DNA of 64,000 nucleotides from an uncultured Candidatus Saccharibacteria bacterium (GTDB lineage: Bacteria > Patescibacteriota > Minisyncoccia > Phycocordibacterales > DATDWN01), in contig CAYRRP010000003.1 in NCBI GenBank assembly GCA_964426735.1, forward strand, positions 77,378 to 141,377, read 5' to 3'. This document shows, piece after piece, positions 17,991-26,807 of this stretch; position 1 is the first letter of the stretch, and each line of letters opens with the position of its first letter. The notes beneath the pieces are model-generated. The model was not told the DNA's origin. It saw nothing but the letters and a program-made list of their open reading frames with translations, and ran no database searches. Made by a program: the position numbers and the translations under genes.

Positions 17991-19782
17991 TTACCAGTAT
18001 AACATCTTGTAACTTCCAACTACTGTTAACAATGAGTGGAATCGTCTGAGTTTCATAACCTGTTTTAGTCACCCGAAGACTATATGTACCATCTGAAAGA
18101 CCTGTAAACACCACTTGACCTGGTGGAGTACATGAAGCGGTAAATGTAAATGCAATATCAGAAATATTCGGTGAACGACTCGTATCATCTGTATGGAGGT
18201 AGAGTTTGTATCTTAAATAACGTTTACCACTCGCCGATGAATGTATCGTACGGTTTGCAGTTGTGAAGTAGGTTGCATTTGTACCATCTGGCCCTACATA
18301 ATCCCATGTACCACCATCATCGTTTGTTGCAATCTGAAAACGTACAGCATTTGCACCCGTACTTGTCGCCTGATCCATCGGAGACCATACGATTTCTTGA
18401 AAATTTGAAACTCCGCCAGTATCAAAAGAAGATGATGTCAATGTTCCATCTGTTTGATACTGTCCGAGAATATATTTTAATGTTAAATCACCTGCTGGAT
18501 TATTGATTTCTATATTTCCATCACTACTTAAATACTGTGACATATTTGTTGATGTTGCTTGTCCTCCACCTGATGACCAGTTTGTTTGTACTAAAGAACC
18601 TTTACCGGTCACACGTGTTGCCAACACAGCACCACCAGAAGAAAGGAGTTCAACTGTAGCATCAGCAAGTGGTAGTGATGAAGCACTATCACGTACAGCC
18701 ACCAGTACTGTCTCTGGATCTTTTGGTGCAACAACAAGATCTACTTGTTGTGATGCGTCAGGGGAAAGCAAAAAAGAAATGAGAGGGTTTGCTCCAATCA
18801 AATCATACGTTCCTGATGTCATGGCGAGTGCGTAAGTATCCCACTCCATATTCGACAAAGAGACAGAACCTGAACCACCTGTTGAGTGACTCTGATCATA
18901 TTTAAGAATCACAGGGTTTGTTCCAATTGTTTTTGTGCCTGTTAAGGTGATTGGTATATTGGTTACTGTTGTACAGTTTGATGCGAAACTATTTACAGAT
19001 AATGTACTCAACTCATCAATAATAAAACTCTGCGCTGTTACTTGTTGCAACACCACGGTTGCATGAGGTTTGGTTGGGTTTGGGTTTGCAACCGTAATCG
19101 GATAGGTGCGTTCAGTAGAATACCCTGATTTAGTAACGGTAATTTCATATGCATTAATACCTGGAGGAGCGTCCACGATAGCGAGCAATCCATCATTATT
19201 GGTCACGTCATCAATCGAGATCGTACTTGTGGCACTATTGTTCTCTATATGCACACTTGCTTGTGGTACAGGATTGCCGTTTGCATCAAACACACGAATA
19301 AACAATGCTCCATTTGTTGATGCAGTTTCAAGACTTTTAGGAGCAACTCGTGATGTTACACTCACGGGTTTAAAATTACGACACAATACACATCCGATTT
19401 CTATTTCAACAACCTTAGAATCTGCGGGCGAAAGGTCATTTGGACTACCGCCAAGCGTTCCATCAAATGGATCATCAAAATTTCGTACTGTAGTCGTGGC
19501 GATAAATGTCGTCCCGTCTCGAACCAACGTCTGCACATGAGTCAACAAACCATCCGGAATACCTCCATCAATACCCACACTTGCATACGGAAGATTTTTT
19601 ACAATTTCCAACTGTTCGTTTGCCAAGTCGATAGCAGCAATCTTTTGTCGTGACACAGATACTGCTTGGTAAATAGAAGTATATGCATTGTATACACCAA
19701 CAATAATAATGGTAAACACAGAAACCCCCACCAGAAGCTCTATAAGCGTAAAACCTTTTTTATTTTTGATGTAATTTTGCAT
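17983..19782 (-). CDS. Large type IV pilin-like protein (599 aa) with a prepilin leader
   Basis: N-terminus MQNYIKNKKGFTLIELLVGVSVFTIII (canonical prepilin motif), then a long Thr/Ser/Asn-rich beta-rich region. Confidence 0.7.
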   Translation of the reverse strand: MQNYIKNKKGFTLIELLVGVSVFTIIIVGVYNAYTSIYQAVSVSRQKIAAIDLANEQLEIVKNLPYASVGIDGGIPDGLLTHVQTLVRDGTTFIATTTVRNFDDPFDGTLGGSPNDLSPADSKVVEIEIGCVLCRNFKPVSVTSRVAPKSLETASTNGALFIRVFDANGNPVPQASVHIENNSATSTISIDDVTNNDGLLAIVDAPPGINAYEITVTKSGYSTERTYPITVANPNPTKPHATVVLQQVTAQSFIIDELSTLSVNSFASNCTTVTNIPITLTGTKTIGTNPVILKYDQSHSTGGSGSVSLSNMEWDTYALAMTSGTYDLIGANPLISFLLSPDASQQVDLVVAPKDPETVLVAVRDSASSLPLADATVELLSSGGAVLATRVTGKGSLVQTNWSSGGGQATSTNMSQYLSSDGNIEINNPAGDLTLKYILGQYQTDGTLTSSSFDTGGVSNFQEIVWSPMDQATSTGANAVRFQIATNDDGGTWDYVGPDGTNATYFTTANRTIHSSASGKRYLRYKLYLHTDDTSRSPNISDIAFTFTASCTPPGQVVFTGLSDGTYSLRVTKTGYETQTIPLIVNSSWKLQDVILVSE

Positions 19783-19809
19783 TTTTATCTTCTCGAATAA
19801 TTACGAACC

Positions 19810-19923
19810 AATAAAATTGCTTTAGGTGCGCGGCGCAAGAAGGTTTTGGAGCGAGCCTTACTTGTCGTAAGGCAAGTGGCAAAACTTGAATTGCAACAAA
19901 GCAGATGAAGTGATTTTATTGTG
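19810..19923 (+). repeat. Copy A of the ~110-nt hairpin-repeat family
   Basis: Terminal inverted segments AATAAAATTGC...GTGATTTTATT and the central hairpin CCTTAC-TTGTC-GTAAGG. Homologous to 39031-39139 and 40303-40410 with compensatory changes. Confidence 0.6.
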
Positions 19924-19930
19924 TTCGCGG

Positions 19931-21145
19931 TTAGATTGCATCAGCAAGACTATACGTAGGAGCAAGCATTGAAATAGCAAATATTCCCACCGCTGCACCG
20001 ATCACAATCATAAGCACAGGTTCAATCACAGAAGACATGTCTTTTGTCTTCTGATCTACTTCATCCTCATAAAACTGAGCTACTCCAACCAACATATCCC
20101 CTATTTTTCCTGTTTCCTCACCTACCGAAACCATTTCTCCTACGAAAATAGGGTAAAGATCTTCATGTTTTAAAAAGATTGCAGACATTAATTCTCCTTT
20201 CTGAATCACCTGCTCAATATTATCAAGCACAGCTTTATAATAGGTATTTTGAATAACCTCTTTTGTGACAGAAATAGCGACCACAATATCCACACCTGAG
20301 CTAATAAGTGACGAGAGTGTACGTGCGGTACGTGCCGAATTAACTTGTTTTACAATATCTCCAATCACGGGAGTATGTAATGCAACATAATCAGATAATC
20401 GTTTTCCTTTTGTTGTTCTTAATCCATAATATACACCTGCACACAAAGCAATTACTCCACCAATCATCACGAGAAAATAGTCTTTCATGATATCACTGAT
20501 ACCAATAATGATTCGTGTAGACAACGGGAGCTTAATACCGAGACCTTTAAACGTTTCTGTGAGTGTTGGAACCATGTATACCATCATCAATACACCGATC
20601 ACCGCCATCAGAGAAAAAATAACTGCAGGATACATCATTGCTCCTTTGATTTTCTTATTCAACTGATATGTCTTTTCCATCTGGTTTGAAATATTCTTGA
20701 GTGCAAGAATAAGGTTTCCAGATTCTTCACCTGCACGCACCATTGAAATAAACAAGGTTGAAAATACCTCTGGATAGGCCTTCATTGCTTCAGAGAGAGT
20801 AACACCTTTACTGATTTCTTCTTCAAGAGAGGTGAGGATTTTTTTAAACTGACCTTTTGACTGCCTGCCCATAATAGATATTGCTCGAGTAATCGGAAGT
20901 CCTGCCTCAATCATAGAAGAAAGATTTCGTGCAAACACGATCTTGTCATGAGTTTTTACTTTTCCTGAAAATGGCATCGAAAAAGATCCTGAGAAAAACT
21001 TTTGAGTATGTACTTCGGATGACGAAAGCACCTGTCCCCCTTCTTTTTTTATATCTCTATATAAAGAAAATTTATCGGGAGCTTCTTTTACTCCTTCATA
21101 TTCTTTACCTTCTGCATCAATTGCTTTGTATTTATATTGTGACAT
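19931..21145 (-). CDS. pilC: Type IV pilus assembly platform protein PilC (GspF family)
   Basis: 404 aa; two T2SS-F domains and three TM segments. Confidence 0.9.
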   Translation of the reverse strand: MSQYKYKAIDAEGKEYEGVKEAPDKFSLYRDIKKEGGQVLSSSEVHTQKFFSGSFSMPFSGKVKTHDKIVFARNLSSMIEAGLPITRAISIMGRQSKGQFKKILTSLEEEISKGVTLSEAMKAYPEVFSTLFISMVRAGEESGNLILALKNISNQMEKTYQLNKKIKGAMMYPAVIFSLMAVIGVLMMVYMVPTLTETFKGLGIKLPLSTRIIIGISDIMKDYFLVMIGGVIALCAGVYYGLRTTKGKRLSDYVALHTPVIGDIVKQVNSARTARTLSSLISSGVDIVVAISVTKEVIQNTYYKAVLDNIEQVIQKGELMSAIFLKHEDLYPIFVGEMVSVGEETGKIGDMLVGVAQFYEDEVDQKTKDMSSVIEPVLMIVIGAAVGIFAISMLAPTYSLADAI

Positions 21146-21188
21146 ATATATTAAAACTGATGATTTACAAATTTGTAAATCATATTAT

Positions 21189-22940
21189 TTATTCTGAAAT
21201 TACACGAAGCACCTCTTCTATTGTAGTTGTACCTTGTACAGCCTGAAAAATACCATCTTCAATCATAGTGAGCATACCTTCTTTTTCTGCCTGTTTTTGT
21301 ATTTCATCTGCAGTTCCACCTTTCATAATAATTTCCTTAATCGCTGGTGATACTTTTAATATTTCATGGATACCTGCTCGTCCACCATATCCATCAGCAT
21401 CAGCAGTACCCTTCTTTGGTCTAAAGAATGGTATTTTTTCCCAATTATCACTTTTGCCAATTATTTTTTCAGCACGAAGTGCCTCGGCGATTTTATCAAG
21501 ATTTACCGACTTACCAAGAGTGTCGACTTCAGACTTTGTAAGAAAATATTTTTCTTTTGATTCTTCAGTTAACCGTCGCACCAAACGCTGCGCAATAATA
21601 ATATTGATAGTCGACACAAGCAAAAATGGCTCAACTTTCATATCGATAAGACGAGGAATAGCTCCTGCAGCACTGTTGGTGTGCAAGGTTGAGAGCACCA
21701 CGTGTCCTGTCAGTGATGCATTGATTGCTAGAGACGCTGTTTCATTATCTCGAATCTCTCCCACCATAATAATATCCGGGTCTTGTCGTACAAGTGTTCG
21801 AAGTCCTGAAGAAAACGTAAACCCTATTTCTGGACGAACCTGTGTCTGATTAATACGTTTCATCTGATATTCCACCGGGTCCTCGATAGTTGAGATGTTT
21901 ACATCAGGAGTATTGAGCATATCGAGAATAGTATAGAGAGTTGTAGTTTTACCAGATCCTGTAGGACCTGTAGTCAAAATCATTCCTGTTGTTGATTTGA
22001 TTGCTTTATGAATACGCTCAAGACCTTCTCCATGAAAATGAAGTTTCTCGAGAGTAAAGCCTGATACGGTTTCTCGAAGTAAACGCATTACGGTCTTTTC
22101 TCCATAATATGTCGGGAGTGTTGAGACACGAAAAGATACTTTCTCACCGTTCATATCAATCTTAAAACGACCATCTTGAGGAAGACGCTTTTCATCGAGC
22201 TTGAGACTTGCGAGCACTTTTATACGAGCACTAATAGACGGCGCAACATTTTTAGGTAGCACCATCGCATCATGAAGCAGACCATCAATACGGTATCGTA
22301 CCAAAAGCTCTGTTTCCATCGGCTCAATATGAATATCGGATGCATCTTGCAAGATTGCATGTTTCAAAAGCGTATCAACAATACGCACCACTGGCACATC
22401 ATCTGCCAATTTTTTCAAATCACTTTCTGAAACATCTTCCTCTAAATCCTCAACTTTTTTAAGAGAAAGGGCGTCCTTTTGAATCAGATCACCAAACTCA
22501 GCCTTCAAACTTTTTTGATACTGCAACAGTGCTGATTTCATTGATTCCCCATCAGTAAGACGTGGAAGAATTTTAAGACCTACCTTCTTTTTAACGAAAT
22601 CAATAGCTGTCAAATCTTCAGTATCAAGCATCGCTACCTCAAGTGCAGTGTCTGTTTTTTTGAATGCAACAATATTATGGTTGCGTGCGATAGGTTCTGG
22701 GATCAATGAGAGGACTTCAAAATCAAGTTTTTCACCCTTCAAGTCAACAAAGGGGATACCGAGAATATATGCTTGCATTCGACGAAGGTCATCTTCCGTT
22801 AGTTTACCTTTACTCACCAATATCTTCCCCAACCCTTCACCTGATTCTTCACCTTCTTTGGCCGCAGCAGTAACCTCAGCACGAGATACAAGACCTGAGT
22901 CAATAATGAAATCTTTAAGTTGTGTTTCTTCAATGTGCAT
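21189..22940 (-). CDS. pilB: Type IV pilus assembly ATPase PilB (GspE family)
   Basis: 583 aa; Walker A GPTGSGKTTTLY and the GspE N-terminal domain. Confidence 0.9.
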   Translation of the reverse strand: MHIEETQLKDFIIDSGLVSRAEVTAAAKEGEESGEGLGKILVSKGKLTEDDLRRMQAYILGIPFVDLKGEKLDFEVLSLIPEPIARNHNIVAFKKTDTALEVAMLDTEDLTAIDFVKKKVGLKILPRLTDGESMKSALLQYQKSLKAEFGDLIQKDALSLKKVEDLEEDVSESDLKKLADDVPVVRIVDTLLKHAILQDASDIHIEPMETELLVRYRIDGLLHDAMVLPKNVAPSISARIKVLASLKLDEKRLPQDGRFKIDMNGEKVSFRVSTLPTYYGEKTVMRLLRETVSGFTLEKLHFHGEGLERIHKAIKSTTGMILTTGPTGSGKTTTLYTILDMLNTPDVNISTIEDPVEYQMKRINQTQVRPEIGFTFSSGLRTLVRQDPDIIMVGEIRDNETASLAINASLTGHVVLSTLHTNSAAGAIPRLIDMKVEPFLLVSTINIIIAQRLVRRLTEESKEKYFLTKSEVDTLGKSVNLDKIAEALRAEKIIGKSDNWEKIPFFRPKKGTADADGYGGRAGIHEILKVSPAIKEIIMKGGTADEIQKQAEKEGMLTMIEDGIFQAVQGTTTIEEVLRVISE

Positions 22941-23091
22941 AGGAAAGTAAAAAGTCCATAAAGTTGAAAGTCCTTAAAGTCGGAACTCAAACTTTGAATT
23001 ACATTTAGTATATCAAAAAAGTAGTTTTCTCTAGTGTAAAAATGTGTACAAGAAAAGCCGGCCTAACATCATTAAACCGGCTTTCAGATCT

Positions 23092-23382
23092 TCACCCCCA
23101 TCCAAATCCTTTGTGATTCATTAACCACAAACCTACCCCTAGAAAAATTAGCCCATCCAAGCATTTAAACCCAGTTGGCACATCAAGACCAAGTCGGTAT
23201 GCGGTCGCGGTTAGCCAAAGACAGGTGGCCACTTGGAATCCAACTTGCTGGTCGACAAAGTACACACAGACTATGGCAACCGCGGACAATAGAGCGCAGA
23301 GCTTTTCCTTCACATCTGCACCTTCTCTAAAGAAAAACCAACCCTGTAAAAACAAGGTAAAAAGCAGAACAATCTCAAGCAT
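23092..23382 (-). CDS. Hypothetical small membrane protein
   Basis: 96 aa with three predicted TM segments. Confidence 0.4.
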   Translation of the reverse strand: MLEIVLLFTLFLQGWFFFREGADVKEKLCALLSAVAIVCVYFVDQQVGFQVATCLWLTATAYRLGLDVPTGFKCLDGLIFLGVGLWLMNHKGFGWG

Positions 23383-23426
23383 CGTAAGAACTCCTTCCTT
23401 ATATAACTATACATAATTAGGTTGAT

Positions 23427-23454
23427 TTGACAATTTTTACCACTACTGTATTAT
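23427..23454 (+). promoter_or_regulatory. sigma70-like promoter (TTGACA, 16-nt spacer, TATTAT) in the nusA leader
   Basis: TTGACA at 23427-23432, 16-nt spacer, TATTAT at 23449-23454. Confidence 0.4.
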
Positions 23455-23469
23455 ATATGTATCTGACAA

Positions 23470-23498
23470 GTCCGCCCGAAAGGCGGGCACGTTTTTTT
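23470..23498 (+). terminator. Intrinsic terminator in the nusA leader (possible attenuator)
   Basis: GTCCGCC-CGAAA-GGCGGGC hairpin followed by ACGTTTTTTT, only ~10 nt downstream of the predicted transcription start. Confidence 0.55.
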
Positions 23499-23658
23499 AA
23501 AAAATTATCAACATTCCAATTAATCACAAGCGGTTCAGATACGCCAGATTTCGAGGCAAAATTTGAAAAATCGAGGAGTCATACTTAATAGTACAGTGAC
23601 GAGCATTTTTTAAATTTTAACAAAGAAAGCTGGCAGTATATGAGACGCGTAACATATT

Positions 23659-24870
23659 ATGTTTGATTTAAAAGTAATCCATTCAGTTTTAACACAACTC
23701 GAAGAAGAGCGAGGTATTCCTCAAGCAAAAATTATTGAGGCTATTGAGCTCGCACTCGCAACTGCATATAAAAAAGAATATGGCAAAAAAGGCCAGATTG
23801 TTCGCGCTAAATTTGATATAAACTCAGGTGCAGTTGAAATGTACCAAGTTAAAATCGTTGTTGATGAGTCAACAGTCGTTATGGAGCTTGCAGACGATGC
23901 TGATCTCCCAGAAGGCATGGAGCTCTACAACCCAGAACACCACATGTTACTCGCCGATGCCAAACTCATCAAAAAGGATGCGGTACTCGGTGAAGAAATA
24001 GTCTTTCCACTCGAAGATAAGGCTGATTATAGCCGTATCGCAGCACAAACCGCAAAACAGGTAATCATGCAGAAAATCCGTGAAGCAGAAAAAGTGTCTG
24101 TACTTGGTGAATACGGTAAACGAGAAGGTGAGATTGTCACTGGTACTGTACAACGTATTGAACGAGGAAATATCTTTGTCGACATGGGTCGTGCAACTGG
24201 TCTACTTTCATACGAAGAGCAAATCCCTGGAGAACGATATGGTCAAGGTGAACGTGTACGAGCATACATGTACAGAGTAGAAGACTCAGGAAAAGGTGTA
24301 TTTTTGCGACTTTCACGTTCACATCCAAAATTCCTCGAGAAACTCTTTGAAGCAGAAGCTCCAGAGCTTGCAACAGGTGCAGTCGTAGTAAAATCAATCG
24401 CACGTGAAGCAGGTTCACGAACCAAGATCGCTGTTGCTTCAACTGATGAACATATTGACCCTGTGGGTTCTATGGTAGGTCAGCGTGGAGTACGTGTGGC
24501 GACTGTAATGTCTGAGCTTGGTGGCGAAAAAATTGATATTATCGAATGGAATGCAGATGCGAAGAAATTTATCGAAGAAGCCCTCTCTCCTGCAAAAATC
24601 CTTTCGATTGAGATCAATGAAGCTGACAAGTCAGCTAAAGTAGCAGTATCTCCAGACCAACAGTCACTTGCTATCGGAAAAGGTGGACAAAATGTACGTT
24701 TGGCAGCAAAACTCACTGGTTGGAGAATCGACATCCAGTCAGATGGCTCTACAGAGCCATTAGTAAGCGCAAGTGCAGCTCCAGTAGAAGCAGTTGCTGA
24801 CTCAGATGAAGGTTTTGCAGATATCTCAAGCCTAAAAGCTGATGCTCAAGAGGCAGAGAAGCAAGATTAA
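23659..24870 (+). CDS. nusA: Transcription termination/antitermination factor NusA
   Basis: 403 aa; NusA N-terminal domain, S1 and two KH domains (...GQRGVRVATVMSELGGEKIDII...). Confidence 0.9.
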   Translation: MFDLKVIHSVLTQLEEERGIPQAKIIEAIELALATAYKKEYGKKGQIVRAKFDINSGAVEMYQVKIVVDESTVVMELADDADLPEGMELYNPEHHMLLADAKLIKKDAVLGEEIVFPLEDKADYSRIAAQTAKQVIMQKIREAEKVSVLGEYGKREGEIVTGTVQRIERGNIFVDMGRATGLLSYEEQIPGERYGQGERVRAYMYRVEDSGKGVFLRLSRSHPKFLEKLFEAEAPELATGAVVVKSIAREAGSRTKIAVASTDEHIDPVGSMVGQRGVRVATVMSELGGEKIDIIEWNADAKKFIEEALSPAKILSIEINEADKSAKVAVSPDQQSLAIGKGGQNVRLAAKLTGWRIDIQSDGSTEPLVSASAAPVEAVADSDEGFADISSLKADAQEAEKQD

Positions 24871-24888
24871 AGATTAAGGAATAACTCA

Positions 24889-24915
24889 AAAAACCTCCCC
24901 TAAGGGAGGTTTTTG
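24889..24915 (+). terminator. Intrinsic terminator after nusA
   Basis: AACCTCCCC-TAA-GGGAGGTT followed by TTTTG. Confidence 0.6.
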
Positions 24916-24973
24916 CATCAACTTATTTTTTCCTGTACTATTGACTATTATCTATTAACTAAAGACTACTCTC

Positions 24974-25483
24974 ATGAATTTAATCAAAGAAATCAGTGCG
25001 GGATCAGCCGAAGAGATGAATGTTATCGTCGAAATCCCTAAAGGCTCTAAAAATAAATACGAAATCGACAAAGAAACCGGTCTTATTGCCCTCGACCGAG
25101 TGATGCATACTTCTCAGGATATGCCCTTTGACTATGGTTTTGTACCTCAAACCCTCTGGGAAGACGGTGACCCGCTCGATGTAGTAATCCTCACTACATA
25201 CCCTCTCCATCCTGGTATTTTGGCTAAGGTTCGCCCTGTCGGTATGATGGATATGGTGGATGATGGTGAAAGTGATGTGAAAATCATCGCTGTACCAGTC
25301 AAAGACCCTCGTTTTTCTGAAATAAAAGACCTTTCTGACGTCAACAAACATACAATCAAGGAAATGGAGCACTACTTCACTACCTACAAGAAACTTCAGA
25401 ATAAAGAAGTTATAATCAAAGGTTTCGGCGACAAACAAGCAGCAATGGATGCATTCAACAAAGCGATCGCCGCATTCAAATAA
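24974..25483 (+). CDS. ppa: Inorganic pyrophosphatase (family I)
   Basis: 169 aa; EIPKGSKNKYE, DGDPLDVVIL. Confidence 0.9.
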   Translation: MNLIKEISAGSAEEMNVIVEIPKGSKNKYEIDKETGLIALDRVMHTSQDMPFDYGFVPQTLWEDGDPLDVVILTTYPLHPGILAKVRPVGMMDMVDDGESDVKIIAVPVKDPRFSEIKDLSDVNKHTIKEMEHYFTTYKKLQNKEVIIKGFGDKQAAMDAFNKAIAAFK

Positions 25484-25599
25484 TCACTTCATCACTAATC
25501 CCCAGAAAGACCTGTCTGTAAATATACAGCCAGGTCTTTTACTTATATAATATACAGATAGGTATATGTCGCATATATCTATCTAATCGTAATATACCA

Positions 25600-26361
25600 A
25601 TGAAAAAATACTTATATATATCAATCATAACCTGTGCTCTTGTCTGCGCACCATACGTGTACGCAGAAGATGGTACAACAGGAACAGCAGAAACCACTTC
25701 TGCTACCACACCGACAGGTGCACCAAAACCAAGACCACTCGCTCCTATACGAGAAGTTCGAAAAGAAATTCGAGAAGACCGTAAGGAAATGAATGAAGGG
25801 ATCAGAGAGGATAAAAAAGAGTTTAACGAACAAGTGCGTGAAGACAGAAAAGCACTTGCCTCAAGTACTGCCTCTACAACACCTGCAATGCGAAAAGAAT
25901 TTCGAGAAGGTGTAAAAGAAGATCGTAAAGAGCTTCGTGAAGAAAACAAAGATAAACGAGAAGAATTTCGTGAGGAAAACAAAGATAAACGAAAAAATGC
26001 TCGACTAGAAACTATGGTAACTATCGTAGTAAATCGTCTCAATGCAACAATTACTCGCCTTGAAAAACTTATTGAAAAGCTCGATATGCGTATCGCTAAG
26101 TTTAAAGAAAAAGGTGCTGATGTAACTACTGCAACAGCAGCTTCAACAGAAGCAAAAAATGCAATCGCAAATGCTAAAAGCAAAGTAAGTGGTATCACCG
26201 TACCGACAAGCTCAACTACCGCATCAAGTACTGCTGAAACAATCAAATCAACAGTTAAACTCGTGGAACAAGACCTCAAAATGGCTCGATCTGCTCTCGA
26301 AAAAGCATTAAAAAGTTTTAAAGGTTTAAGCTCTCAAGCAACAACCACACCAACTAATTAA
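25600..26361 (+). CDS. Secreted repetitive charged protein (signal peptide; REDRKE-type repeats)
   Basis: 253 aa; signal peptide MKKYLYISIITCALVCAPYVYA and repeated (K/R)E(D/E)RKE(L/F)(R/N)EE units. The antisense ORF 25539-26279 is a shadow ORF. Confidence 0.55.
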   Translation: MKKYLYISIITCALVCAPYVYAEDGTTGTAETTSATTPTGAPKPRPLAPIREVRKEIREDRKEMNEGIREDKKEFNEQVREDRKALASSTASTTPAMRKEFREGVKEDRKELREENKDKREEFREENKDKRKNARLETMVTIVVNRLNATITRLEKLIEKLDMRIAKFKEKGADVTTATAASTEAKNAIANAKSKVSGITVPTSSTTASSTAETIKSTVKLVEQDLKMARSALEKALKSFKGLSSQATTTPTN

Positions 26362-26369
26362 TAGTCTCT

Positions 26370-26693
26370 ATGGAAAACGAAACAACAAATCAATTTCAAG
26401 CACCACAAACACCTGCTGAACAGGCTCCGGTAACAATGGTGCCTGAAAAATCTTCAACTAGTGGTATCATCGGCACAATTATTATTATTGCCCTTATTAT
26501 CCTCGGTGGATTATATTTCTGGGGTAAACGTATCAGTACTCAACAAGAAACAGCATCCCTTATCAATCAAGAACAAGTTGCTGCTCAGGAAGCGGCGGCG
26601 ATCCAGGCGGTAAGTACAAGTGATGAGGTAGATACGCTTCAAGCAGAACTTGATGCAACCATCACCTCTGATCTTGGTGCCGAACTCGAATAG
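26370..26693 (+). CDS. Hypothetical small single-pass membrane protein
   Basis: 107 aa with a central TM helix GIIGTIIIIALIILGGLYFWG. Confidence 0.45.
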   Translation: MENETTNQFQAPQTPAEQAPVTMVPEKSSTSGIIGTIIIIALIILGGLYFWGKRISTQQETASLINQEQVAAQEAAAIQAVSTSDEVDTLQAELDATITSDLGAELE

Positions 26694-26751
26694 AGCACAA
26701 TCACTCTATAATACTTTTGTAAAAACCTCGTGTAACGAGGTTTTTACTTGC

Positions 26752-26807
26752 TTTATTCGTAAAAATTCGTATCATTCGTATATTCGTTAATTCGTATATT
26801 TATAACT
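26752..26807 (+). promoter_or_regulatory. ATTCGTA heptamer array plus a -10-like ATATTTAT immediately upstream of tig
   Basis: ttattcgtaaaaattcgtatcattcgtatattcgttaattcgtatatttataactATG, i.e. five ATTCGT(A/T) units. Confidence 0.35.

Noticed and set aside
25539-26279. 246-aa minus-strand ORF antisense to the secreted REDRKE-repeat protein; likewise the antisense ORFs at 29993-30491, 21268-21849, 26822-27338, 25004-25438, 43740-44113 and 40567-41076
   Set aside because: These are shadow ORFs. They lie opposite genes with strong homology (rny, pilB, tig, ppa, dksA-like, xerC) or strong signal-peptide and repeat architecture, and their translations are Ser/Arg/Phe-rich, which is typical of antisense frames in AT-rich coding DNA.
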